Part shown: one piece after another, positions 17,283 through 26,418 of the stretch
Layout: each line of letters begins with the position of its first letter
Numbering within the stretch: the stretch's first letter is position 1
Assembly (NCBI GenBank): GCA_020636575.1
Contig: JACJXP010000001.1
Span: 670,050-734,049, forward strand
Length of the DNA stretch: 64,000 nt
Direction: 5' to 3'
From: Chitinophagales bacterium
GTDB taxonomy: Bacteria > Bacteroidota > Bacteroidia > Chitinophagales > Chitinophagaceae
Translations under genes and position numbers: made by a program
Notes under the pieces: model-generated
What the model was told of the DNA's origin: nothing
Seen by the model: the letters and a program-made list of their open reading frames with translations, nothing else
The model's database searches: none

Positions 17283-18491
17283 ATGATCAACAAATTAAAC
17301 TTTAGCAAAAAGATATACCTGCTTTCCTTTTCAAGTTTTGTAGCAATAAACACATACTCACAATATAAGTTTGTTGTCCCAACTCAATATGCTGGTGTAT
17401 TGGCAGATGTTACAAACAATGCCCGATCTGAAGCACTGGGCAGAAATACAGTAACTCTTGATGGTATTCGCAGCGCCTTTGATAATCCTGCCAGCATCAG
17501 TCCGGGAGATAACAAATACCAATTAGCTATTAATTACAGTAAAGGTCATTCATATAAACCAAAATCTTACTACCCCTTTGCCGGTTTTAAGGCTAAAATT
17601 ACATCCCGCATTAGCCTGGGGATCTCTACTCATCACTGGATCGATCCGAAATCATATTGGGATGCAATTATTGCTTCTCAGACCTTCGTTACTAATAAGC
17701 AAAAAAACCATGTTTATTCATTTATTGCTGCAGCCGAACTACTGAAAGGTTTGCATTTTGGTGTATCAGGAAACCTTTTAAGGGAATCAGCGATCGATGA
17801 TAAAATCACCGGAAAGGATTTTGTAATGAATGCCGGTGTTATTTATGACCGGCCCATTTCTCTTATAAAAAATCAAAAAATAAGCAATCAGCAGATACGT
17901 TTGGCCGCCAGTCTTTTCAACACCCTGATGGATGGCCAGATGATCCAGCGGGCAAACGATTCAGTGTGGCAATACCGGGACATTCCGGTTATTCTTCGTT
18001 TAGGAGGTGCTTATAGTTGTACACTACCTCTAAATATTTCATTTGCGAAAAAGTCAAAAAAGCTAAAGGATGCATCCCAGACACTTGATTTGAGTGCAAG
18101 GATTCAATATAATAACTGGCTTAAGAATAAAGACCATATTTATGTGGAACATGAATCCCAGACAATGATCGGTTTCGGGCTGGAAGCAGTGGCACTGAAC
18201 CTCCTGGCTTTGCGATTAGGTTATTTTAATACTACTGCTGCAGAAGATAATGACCCTAACCTGATCTATGTTACAAAAGATGCAATAAAAGGATTTACCT
18301 GGGGTTTAGGATTTATTATCCCCGCTAATAAATGGTCATCCGGAAAAGTTCCTTTTGAAGTTAAATTTGATGTAGTGGCAAAAAATCTTCCCGATTGGCT
18401 GGATGAAGCCCGGTCTACCAGGATCTCAAAGGATTTTACTGATAAAAAACTCTTTTTATCACTTGGCTTAGAACTAAATTTTAGTAAGTAA
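17283..18491 (+). CDS. PorV/PorQ-like (FadL/UPF0164-like) outer-membrane protein
   Basis: Signal peptide. N-terminal ARSEALG...SAFDNPASI motif, LALRLGYF, GFTWGLG, C-terminal LFLSLGLELNF strand. Confidence 0.65.
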   Translation: MINKLNFSKKIYLLSFSSFVAINTYSQYKFVVPTQYAGVLADVTNNARSEALGRNTVTLDGIRSAFDNPASISPGDNKYQLAINYSKGHSYKPKSYYPFAGFKAKITSRISLGISTHHWIDPKSYWDAIIASQTFVTNKQKNHVYSFIAAAELLKGLHFGVSGNLLRESAIDDKITGKDFVMNAGVIYDRPISLIKNQKISNQQIRLAASLFNTLMDGQMIQRANDSVWQYRDIPVILRLGGAYSCTLPLNISFAKKSKKLKDASQTLDLSARIQYNNWLKNKDHIYVEHESQTMIGFGLEAVALNLLALRLGYFNTTAAEDNDPNLIYVTKDAIKGFTWGLGFIIPANKWSSGKVPFEVKFDVVAKNLPDWLDEARSTRISKDFTDKKLFLSLGLELNFSK

Positions 18492-18502
18492 TTTATTATT
18501 AT

Positions 18503-18537
18503 AAAAAAATAGCCGGAGATATTTCGGCTATTTTTTT
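18503..18537. terminator. Bidirectional intrinsic terminator
   Basis: aaaaaaatagccgga-gata-tttcggctattttttt between convergent genes. Confidence 0.8.
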
Positions 18538-19328
18538 ATTGCTTTAAGTGAATATACCATTGGAATTTTGCCTTCTAATCCTTTGATATGCCATTTCCTC
18601 TTTTCAACCTCTATCACATTTTTAAAACAAGGATACGGAGAATACATATATTCATTCAAAAAGCAGATATTTAAATCTGCCTCAATAAGTGAATTAATTA
18701 CCTCGCCAAGACTGTGATTCCAGCTGTACTCTTTTCCCTTAATATCAGCATCCCTGTTTGTATAAGTTCCCTCGTTCTCGGTTATTATTAACTCCCTGTT
18801 TTCGTAAGAGTAAGCTATGTGTGTAAAATCATTATCAAACATCCATACTACCGGATGAAATTCTGCCAGGTAAAAAAAACCACCCTTTTTTAGCCTTTCT
18901 GATATCATTTTAGCCCATGGTTTTAAATCGGGTAACCACCCGATAGTTCCATAACTGGAGAAAACAATATCAAATTGCTCTTCTACAAACCTGGAAGTAT
19001 CATACACATTACAACAAACAAATTTTGCATTTAAGGCCAATTCGTCATTCAATTGAACAGCCTCTTTTATAGCAGCATCTGAAATATCAACGCCAGTTAC
19101 TGAAGCACCTCTTCTTGCCCAATCAAGACTGTCCATTCCAAAATGACACTGTAAATGCAGAAGACTTTTGCCCTTTACATCCCCTATCTCTTCAATTTCG
19201 ATAGGACTAAGTACTGATTTACCGGCCTTAAACCCATTTAAATCATAAAATGCAGAATCCTTGTGATGTATTGTACGCTGATTCCAGACATATTTATTTG
19301 ATTCAAAGTACTTTTTAAACTGATCCAT
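18528..19328 (-). CDS. Class I SAM-dependent methyltransferase
   Basis: LLHLQCHFGMDS, VTGVDIS, FDIVFSSYG, WNHSLGEV. Confidence 0.9.
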   Translation of the reverse strand: MDQFKKYFESNKYVWNQRTIHHKDSAFYDLNGFKAGKSVLSPIEIEEIGDVKGKSLLHLQCHFGMDSLDWARRGASVTGVDISDAAIKEAVQLNDELALNAKFVCCNVYDTSRFVEEQFDIVFSSYGTIGWLPDLKPWAKMISERLKKGGFFYLAEFHPVVWMFDNDFTHIAYSYENRELIITENEGTYTNRDADIKGKEYSWNHSLGEVINSLIEADLNICFLNEYMYSPYPCFKNVIEVEKRKWHIKGLEGKIPMVYSLKAIKK

Positions 19329-19362
19329 AAAACAAAATTATATGAAATACAGGCATTTATAG

Positions 19363-19382
19363 AAAATACCACTTGGGTGTTA
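19363..19382 (+). promoter_or_regulatory. Putative operator (AAAATnnCACTTGGGTGTTA), copy A
   Basis: 18 of 20 nt identical to 22205-22224. Confidence 0.5.
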
Positions 19383-19461
19383 CCAAATAAAACAGGGGTA
19401 TTCTACTTTGTGATTAAGACATCCAAAAGAAAAAGTTAGTAACTTATTTTCCTTTATCACA

Positions 19462-21543
19462 GTGAATAAAACTGCCTTCATATTTCTGCTAATTGCTATA
19501 GCTCTCAAAGGAGCCTCTCAGAATACACTGACCCTTGTTAAGCTACCGGAAAATCAAAGAATTGATAGCTTAAGAGACTGGGGAAGAAAAAAACTAATTA
19601 AAGCTAAACCGGATAGCGCTGAATACTATTTTAGGTTGGGGTTAGATCTTGCAAAGAAAATGAATAACAAAACGAGGATCGTCCAACTCTACACTGACCT
19701 GGCAAATGTTAATACATTAAAACGCAAACCCAACGATGCATTAGTAGAACTAAATAATGCCCGCACTTATGTAACAAAGGAGACCCACAAAAGCACTTTG
19801 GCCCGATACTACTTCTATAATGGCTATGTATACAGGTTACTAAATAAGACAGACACCGCCTTTTCTTTTTTTAATAAGACAGAATATATATATGCGGACA
19901 TTGACCCGTATAAGAACTGGGAGGTGTATCATTCAATCGGTCAGCTTTTCTATTATAACGACAACCCGGAGAAAGCAGAAGAGTATTTCATTAAAGCGTA
20001 TAAAATCACGGCTACCGAAAAAAAGAGAATGGATCATGGCCTAGTGCTAAATGCCCTTGGAAATGTTTATTCCCGGTTAAAAAAACCTGAAAAGTATGCT
20101 TCGATCCTTAAAGAATATGATGAACTGATCGGCGATAGACGAAACACATTAAGCAAAGACCCCGTACATGGTTTCTTGTTTACAGCCTGGAAAAAGATTC
20201 CCGAAGAAGAGCAAATGGCATTTCTGCTTGAAATGAAAAGTACTCATATTAAAAACAAGTTTTTCCAGGGAGCAGTACTTGCTAATTTCTACCTGGCAGA
20301 ATTATTTACCAAAACAAATAAGCCAGAAAAAGCAATTGAATGTTTAACCGAGAATAGAGATCGGTTAATTGGGCCGGAAAGTTATTTGAGTCATTTTGAC
20401 AACCTTAAAATGTTGTATAACCTGTATACAGAAACAGGTAAACATGAAGAAGCCATTAAAACAGCCAATCAGTTATTCACCTTGAATAACAAAATAACTG
20501 ATATAACCAATAAAGAACTTACCCTAAACCTTGAAAAAAAATACGAAACAGAAAAAAAAGAAAAAGAAATATTGCTATTGAATTCTCAAAATGAATTGGC
20601 AGCGCTGGAATTAACCAGGCAGGCCGAAATAAGAACGGCGCTAGAGAGGGAAAATATATTAAAAGACTCAGCGATCTCACAACAACAGGCACTTGCCAAA
20701 ATATCAGAAAGAGAAAAAAATCTTCAGTCCAGTGAATTGGAAAAGGCAAAGCAACTAAGCAACTCACTTTCCCGTGAAAACCTTTTAAAACAACAGCTTA
20801 TTGCAGATGATAAGAAAAGAAACAGGATATTAAAATGGGCTTTTGGATTAATTGTTCTTGCCTCAGCCATCATTTTCCTTCAATATAGAAAGCAAATATC
20901 TAAAAACAAGATCATTGGAAAACAGCGGGAAGATCTTGAAATCCTAAACAGAGAAATTCATCATAGGGTAAAAAATAATTTGCAGGTAATTTCCAGCCTG
21001 CTGGAATTACAATCTGAAACCGCAGCTGACAAACATACAGCTGAAAAATTCCAGGAAGGAAGCCAGCGGGTCCAAAGCATGGCTTACATTCATCAGAATT
21101 TATACCAGGGAGATACTGTAGAAAGCATAGATGTTAAAAAATATGTTGAAATGCTTACCAGTAATCTGATGCAGTCTTATAACGCATCTGCGTCAGGCAT
21201 AAAACTGGATACAGATGTAGAGGCGCTGCGTCTTCATTCCGAAACAGTGATCCCACTCGGAATGATCATCAATGAACTGGTAAGTAATTCCCTTAAATAT
21301 GCTTTCAAGAACAAAGAAAGAGGAGAGATAAAAGTGGTTCTCAAAAAGATCAATGAAAAGTTATTATTACAAGTAAAAGATGATGGAACAGGCATCCCTG
21401 ATTATGTAGATATTACAAAGACAAATTCGTTTGGCTATAAGATCATAAAAGCATTTACACAAAAACTAAAGGCATTAATGACAATTGATAGTAAAAGCGG
21501 AACAGATGTTCAATTACTAATTGCAAAATACCGAACAGCATAA
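19462..21543 (+). CDS. TPR-repeat sensor histidine kinase (HisKA_2/HWE-like)
   Basis: GTG start, signal peptide, TPRs, TM, REIHHRVKNNLQVISSLL H-box, NELVSNSLKYAF, DDGTG. Confidence 0.9.
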   Translation: MNKTAFIFLLIAIALKGASQNTLTLVKLPENQRIDSLRDWGRKKLIKAKPDSAEYYFRLGLDLAKKMNNKTRIVQLYTDLANVNTLKRKPNDALVELNNARTYVTKETHKSTLARYYFYNGYVYRLLNKTDTAFSFFNKTEYIYADIDPYKNWEVYHSIGQLFYYNDNPEKAEEYFIKAYKITATEKKRMDHGLVLNALGNVYSRLKKPEKYASILKEYDELIGDRRNTLSKDPVHGFLFTAWKKIPEEEQMAFLLEMKSTHIKNKFFQGAVLANFYLAELFTKTNKPEKAIECLTENRDRLIGPESYLSHFDNLKMLYNLYTETGKHEEAIKTANQLFTLNNKITDITNKELTLNLEKKYETEKKEKEILLLNSQNELAALELTRQAEIRTALERENILKDSAISQQQALAKISEREKNLQSSELEKAKQLSNSLSRENLLKQQLIADDKKRNRILKWAFGLIVLASAIIFLQYRKQISKNKIIGKQREDLEILNREIHHRVKNNLQVISSLLELQSETAADKHTAEKFQEGSQRVQSMAYIHQNLYQGDTVESIDVKKYVEMLTSNLMQSYNASASGIKLDTDVEALRLHSETVIPLGMIINELVSNSLKYAFKNKERGEIKVVLKKINEKLLLQVKDDGTGIPDYVDITKTNSFGYKIIKAFTQKLKALMTIDSKSGTDVQLLIAKYRTA

Positions 21544-22173
21544 ATGTCAGCTACAGAATTTAAAATACTGATCGTAGAAGACGAACCTATCATTGCTGAA
21601 GGGATAGCTCTTCATCTAAAAAATTCACATTTTTGCGTTTCAGATATTGCCTACGACGCCGATGAGGCAGTTACATCTCTCCAAAAGAAAAATCCGGATA
21701 TAGCGATTCTTGACATAAATCTTGAAAGTGATAAAGATGGTATACAAATAGCAGAATACATTAACAAGGTTTGCCCTATTCCTTTCATCTTTCTTACTTC
21801 CTATTCCGATGAGGCGATCATGGAGAGAGCAAAAGCCACTTCCCCTGCCGGATTTATTGTGAAACCGTTTAATAAAAACACATTGATCGCTACCCTTGAA
21901 ATAGCTATCAGCAACTTTTCCCGCAGTTCACAAAACCATGTACCTCATTTATCACTAACAAAAATCAATAGGCAACTGACAGATTCCCTGAGCGACAGAG
22001 AATTTGAAATTGTTCAATTGCTATATGACGGAAAAAACAACCAGGAGATCTGCGATCTGTTATTTATTGCTATGAACACGGTAAAACGTCATATCACCAA
22101 CATTTACTTTAAGTTAGATGTAAAAAGCAGGACAGAAGCGATCTCTCTTTTAAGAACAATAATGCTCGCATAA
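21544..22173 (+). CDS. Response regulator (REC + LuxR HTH)
   Basis: ILIVEDE, ILDINL, FIVKPF, LSDREFEI...TVKRHITNIYFKLDV. Abuts the kinase stop codon (TAAATG). Confidence 0.92.
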   Translation: MSATEFKILIVEDEPIIAEGIALHLKNSHFCVSDIAYDADEAVTSLQKKNPDIAILDINLESDKDGIQIAEYINKVCPIPFIFLTSYSDEAIMERAKATSPAGFIVKPFNKNTLIATLEIAISNFSRSSQNHVPHLSLTKINRQLTDSLSDREFEIVQLLYDGKNNQEICDLLFIAMNTVKRHITNIYFKLDVKSRTEAISLLRTIMLA

Positions 22174-22204
22174 CAACTCTTACAGTCCAATTACTTCTTT
22201 TTTC

Positions 22205-22224
22205 AAAATCACACTTGGGTGTTA
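22205..22224 (+). promoter_or_regulatory. Putative operator, copy B
   Basis: aaaatcacacttgggtgtta. Near-palindrome ATCACAC-TTGG-GTGTTAT. Confidence 0.5.
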
Positions 22225-22286
22225 TCAGGCTTCTGGCAAATAAACAAACCTTAGATGTACATTACTACACATCAAAAAAACAGGTT

Positions 22287-23045
22287 ATGAAAAAAATCTT
22301 ATTCTTTGGCATATGTATGTCGATACTGTCAATCAGTTATAGTCAATATACAGGCAGACTTTCTGTAAATGCAAGACAAGAACTGACTCCAGGTTCTAAT
22401 TATACTATTGCTGTAACCATCACAAACACATCCAACTCCTCTTATGTTATTGGCAAATCAGTTTTTGCCCTTGTTACCGATTACGAAGGATCAACCAATG
22501 CCGGGGATGTATTTAATGAAACTTATAAGCTACCAAAAACTTTACCTGCAGGAGAAAGCTACACTTTTAGAAATGTGAAATTTACTTCCCCTGTTTTACC
22601 CGGCAGGTATCCCGTAAACTTTTCATTCAGATGGGGAAACAGGGTCATTTGTGAAGAAGATATAACATTTGTAATAAAAGAAAATTATGAAGCTGAAATA
22701 ACAATGAGGTCTAACTCTTATGATGATTCCAAAGATGTAGATCTGATATTCACTGTACAAAATACAGGTCACACAGCCTGGCCAGAAGGTTCTTACGGAT
22801 TAAAATTTGAGTTGAGAAGAGCTCCCTCAGGAGCATCAAGTGCTGACAAAGGCCGTTTTTCAAGAAGCAATAATAACCTGGAAAGGTGGGACTTTGAGCC
22901 TGGTGAAAAAGATGAATTGGTATGGAGAAGATTCAGAACTCCTACTACAGAAGGCGACTATACCGTTAGAGTAACACTACTCATGGGCGGAAGACCTTTT
23001 GATGCGGAAGGTGGTTACCGTGATCTCACATTCAAAATCAAATAG
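22287..23045 (+). CDS. Secreted protein with two tandem Ig-like (NBR1/FW-like) domains
   Basis: Signal peptide from ATG 22287. Repeated units VTITNTS...FTSP..PG.Y and FTVQNTGHTAWP...FRTP..EG.Y. Confidence 0.65.
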   Translation: MKKILFFGICMSILSISYSQYTGRLSVNARQELTPGSNYTIAVTITNTSNSSYVIGKSVFALVTDYEGSTNAGDVFNETYKLPKTLPAGESYTFRNVKFTSPVLPGRYPVNFSFRWGNRVICEEDITFVIKENYEAEITMRSNSYDDSKDVDLIFTVQNTGHTAWPEGSYGLKFELRRAPSGASSADKGRFSRSNNNLERWDFEPGEKDELVWRRFRTPTTEGDYTVRVTLLMGGRPFDAEGGYRDLTFKIK

Positions 23046-23074
23046 CTTATTTAAAATTTTTAAATAATACAATC

Positions 23075-23623
23075 ATGAAAATGCTTTTGTTTCTCGTCTG
23101 CTTCTCGATGACGATTTCAATTAATCTTTATTCTCAAAACTGGCCCGAAGGAGTATCACCGGTATCAGTAAATACTAATGACTCTGTTACCGTAAATGGT
23201 AATCTTTCTTCCGGAAAAATAATCAGTGATATGCGTTGGGCCTGGAGCAGTTCCAATGCCTGCTTTACGCAAATTCAGTCTGCAAAGTTCAGGGGTAACC
23301 ATGTTTTTTATGGCACTACGATAAAACCTGGCACCATGATGAAATTAAAACTAACACCAGGTACCAGTGATGAAATGGCCATTTATGGCTATATGCTTGG
23401 CGAAAATGACATGTACCTGCCGCCTAAACTTCCACAATGCATCACCTGTGAGGCTGATTATAAGCGGGACAGGCCCGTTAAGTGGAGAGTGGAGAATAAT
23501 GACAGGCTGATCGAGTTCAGCAACCCGACGGAAAACACATATACAATAATCATTGGTGTTTCAGCCCCGGCGGGAGTAACGGACCGAAAATTTTCCTTAA
23601 TGGTAAAATCAATAAGTTATTAA
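23075..23623 (+). CDS. Secreted hypothetical protein
   Basis: Signal peptide, beta-rich, Cys motifs NACF and CITCEAD. Confidence 0.7.
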   Translation: MKMLLFLVCFSMTISINLYSQNWPEGVSPVSVNTNDSVTVNGNLSSGKIISDMRWAWSSSNACFTQIQSAKFRGNHVFYGTTIKPGTMMKLKLTPGTSDEMAIYGYMLGENDMYLPPKLPQCITCEADYKRDRPVKWRVENNDRLIEFSNPTENTYTIIIGVSAPAGVTDRKFSLMVKSISY

Positions 23624-23627
23624 ACAA

Positions 23628-23653
23628 AAAGGCCACCTGATCAGGTGGCCTTT
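23628..23653. terminator. Bidirectional terminator downstream of tsf
   Basis: Perfect palindrome AAAGGCCACCTGATCAGGTGGCCTTT between convergent genes. Confidence 0.85.
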
Positions 23654-23673
23654 CAATTATATTTTGATGTTCA

Positions 23674-24510
23674 TTATCCTAATGCCACTCTCTTAAACTC
23701 AGTCACTTTTACATCACCGGCCTCTTTCAGGTATTGTTCAACACTTTTGCTTCCGTCTTTTACAAAAGCCTGGGCAGTTAATGTTTGCTCTTTAAAGAAA
23801 GCGCCCATTTTACCATCAGCGATCTTAGCCAGCATTTCATCAGGCTTTCCTGCCATTTTAGGATCTTGTTTCATTTGGTCAACGATGATATCTTTTTCAC
23901 GGGCCACTACATCAGCAGGAACACTGGCTGCATCAACAGCCACGGGATTCAATGCTGCAATTTGCATGGCTATGTCTTTCCCGGCATCAGCAGCTTCCTT
24001 ATTAAGGCCTACTAATACACCAATTCTATAAGCGCCATGTATATAAGATGCAACATAAGGAGCATCCACTCTTTCAAACTTTGTAACGCCGATCTTCTCA
24101 CCAATAGTCGCCAGCTTTTCATCAACTAATGCAGTTACTGTAAGATCACCGATCTTAACTCCCATTAACTCATCCAGGCTGGAAACATTATTGCTTATTG
24201 CTGCATCAGCAATGGACTGACCAAAAGCAATAAAATCTTCATTCTTTGATACAAAATCAGTTTCACAACTAACGCAAACCACAATTCCGGTTTTATTATC
24301 AGCAGTTGTTTGTGCGATAACCACACCTTCTTTTGCTTCACGGTCGCTTCTTTTTGCTGCTACTTTCTGACCTTGTTTTCTTAACCAGTCAATAGCGGCT
24401 TCAAAGTCACCATTAGTTTCCATCAATGCTTTACGACAATCCATCATTCCCGCACCAGTTGCCTGGCGCAGCTTATTTATATCCTGTGCTGTTATTGTTG
24501 CTGTACTCAT
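23674..24510 (-). CDS. tsf: Elongation factor Ts
   Basis: LRQATGAGMMDCRKAL, CETDFV, AMQIAA. Confidence 0.97.
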   Translation of the reverse strand: MSTATITAQDINKLRQATGAGMMDCRKALMETNGDFEAAIDWLRKQGQKVAAKRSDREAKEGVVIAQTTADNKTGIVVCVSCETDFVSKNEDFIAFGQSIADAAISNNVSSLDELMGVKIGDLTVTALVDEKLATIGEKIGVTKFERVDAPYVASYIHGAYRIGVLVGLNKEAADAGKDIAMQIAALNPVAVDAASVPADVVAREKDIIVDQMKQDPKMAGKPDEMLAKIADGKMGAFFKEQTLTAQAFVKDGSKSVEQYLKEAGDVKVTEFKRVALG

Positions 24511-24598
24511 AAAAATTAAAACTTTAAACCGGTGAAGGTAACATGATACCCCGCACCCCTTCTTGATTAAAAAATTGGTTCACTCTGATTCAGAGCAA

Positions 24599-25474
24599 CT
24601 ATCTCCTTCCACCACCCGGGCCTCTGCCTGTTCCACTTGTTGTACGACGGCGCTGACCACCTGAAGCTCCACGACCTCTTCCACCACGACCACCTTCCTG
24701 CTCTGCTTCGGCCATCAGCTTAGCTGCACTCTTTTCCTTTTCATCATCTGTCTGGTCTTCTACTTCTTCATCCTTTGCCGCCTGTCTTTCAGCCAAACCT
24801 TCTGCAATAGCCGCTGTGATATAGTTAACGATGATAGCTATTGATTTTGTAGCGTCATCGTTAGCCGGAATAGCAAAATCAACTTTATTAGGATCGCAGT
24901 TTGTATCTACTACACCAAATGTGGTGATCCCTAAACGCTTTGATTCAGCTAATGCAATATGCTCATGACCAATGTCTACAATAAACAATGCCGCAGGTAC
25001 ACGACCCAATTGGGCAATACCACCTAATACCTTTTCCATTTTTTCCTTATCCCTGCTAAGCGTTAAACGTTCTTTTTTAGTAATGCTGTCAAAAGAACCA
25101 TCACCCAGCATTTTTTCAATGCTCTGCATCTTTTTCACACTCTTACGAACTGTGTTAAAGTTGGTAAGCATGCCACCCAGCCATCTTTCGGTAACATAAG
25201 GCATGTTCACTTTCTTGGCAGATTCATTCACAATATCCTTTGCCTGCTTTTTTGTACCTACAAACAGAATCTTTTTACCGCTACGGGCTATTTGCTTTAA
25301 AGCAGCAGCTGTTTCTTGTAAACATTCTACTGTTTTATTCAAATCGATAATGTGAATACCTTTTTTTTCAGCGAAGATGTAAGGCAACATCTTTGGATTC
25401 CACTTCTTCTTCAGGTGACCAAAATGAACACCTGCTTCCAGAAGCTGCTGTTGTAAGGATGTATTATTTTCCAT
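24599..25474 (-). CDS. rpsB: 30S ribosomal protein S2
   Basis: LLEAGVHFGH, RWLGGMLTNF, DTNCDP, PANDD. Confidence 0.98.
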   Translation of the reverse strand: MENNTSLQQQLLEAGVHFGHLKKKWNPKMLPYIFAEKKGIHIIDLNKTVECLQETAAALKQIARSGKKILFVGTKKQAKDIVNESAKKVNMPYVTERWLGGMLTNFNTVRKSVKKMQSIEKMLGDGSFDSITKKERLTLSRDKEKMEKVLGGIAQLGRVPAALFIVDIGHEHIALAESKRLGITTFGVVDTNCDPNKVDFAIPANDDATKSIAIIVNYITAAIAEGLAERQAAKDEEVEDQTDDEKEKSAAKLMAEAEQEGGRGGRGRGASGGQRRRTTSGTGRGPGGGRR

Positions 25475-25513
25475 TGTATATAAATGATCGTTTTTAAAAA
25501 TTGATTGCTGTGA

Positions 25514-25903
25514 TTAACGCTTAGAGAACTGGTAGCTCCTTCTTGCTTTTTTATGTCCGAATTTCTTCCTTTCAACTGACCTTGGATCTCTTTTCAGTAA
25601 TCCGGCAGCCTTTAAAGCAGGACGATATTCAGGATTGATCTCTACCAATACCCGGGCAATTCCCAGCATGGCGGCTTCTGCCTGGCCTTTTACTCCACCG
25701 CCAGTTGCAGTGATCTTAACGTTGAATTTATCAGCCGCTTCAACAGTTTTAAGCGGACGTTCTACCTGGTTTTGTAAATAATCCAGTGTAAAATAAGTTT
25801 TGTAGTCTTTGTCATTAACTGTTATAGTGCCTTCGCCTTTGCTAACGAATACACGGGTAACAGCTTCTTTACGACGACCAACTCCGTTTTTTTGCTTTTC
25901 CAT
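25514..25903 (-). CDS. rpsI: 30S ribosomal protein S9
   Basis: GRRKEAVTRV, GGGVKGQA, ERKKFG.KKARR..QFSKR. Start at MEKQ. Confidence 0.97.
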   Translation of the reverse strand: MEKQKNGVGRRKEAVTRVFVSKGEGTITVNDKDYKTYFTLDYLQNQVERPLKTVEAADKFNVKITATGGGVKGQAEAAMLGIARVLVEINPEYRPALKAAGLLKRDPRSVERKKFGHKKARRSYQFSKR

Positions 25904-25974
25904 TTTTTTATGCTTAGTGCCAAAAACAAAACGCTTCAAATATTTGGCGTTATGTGTTCAGCGTTTAGTTTGTT

Positions 25975-26418
25975 TTAGAATTTTAATTCTTTAGGTTGTT
26001 GAGCTCCGTGCGGATGCTCCGTACCAACATAGACAAAAAGTTTTTTATACATCTTTCTTCCCAGGCGATTTTTGGGAAGCATGCCTTTTACAGCTCTTTC
26101 AATCACCACTTCTGGTCTGCGGTTCATCAGGTTGCGGGCCACTTCTTCTTTACGACCTCCGGGATACCCGGTAAAATGGTCATAGATCTTCTGATCCATT
26201 TTGTTACCTGTCAGCACAACCTTGTCTGCATTAATAACAATAATATAGTCCCCTGTATCTACATGGGGAGTGTAAATAGCTTTGTTCTTGCCACGAAGAA
26301 CAGCAGCAATTCTTGAACACATGCGACCAACGGTTTGATTAGTACCGTCCACAACATACCAGTTGCGCTGAACGGTAGCCTCGTTCGCATGTTTGGTAGT
26401 AAAATGTAATTTGCTCAT
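25975..26418 (-). CDS. rplM: 50S ribosomal protein L13
   Basis: [33 protein letters not shown]. Start at MSKLHF. Confidence 0.97.
   Translation of the reverse strand: MSKLHFTTKHANEATVQRNWYVVDGTNQTVGRMCSRIAAVLRGKNKAIYTPHVDTGDYIIVINADKVVLTGNKMDQKIYDHFTGYPGGRKEEVARNLMNRRPEVVIERAVKGMLPKNRLGRKMYKKLFVYVGTEHPHGAQQPKELKF

Noticed and set aside
8131-23673. Calling the tsf-pyrH block a mobile element or prophage
   Set aside because: No integrase, transposase, phage gene, tRNA target or flanking direct repeat was found by eye.
23645-26316. Plus-strand ORFs opposite tsf, rpsB, rpsI and rplM, and similar short shadow ORFs across the window
   Set aside because: Antisense or alternate-frame artefacts of well-supported genes.
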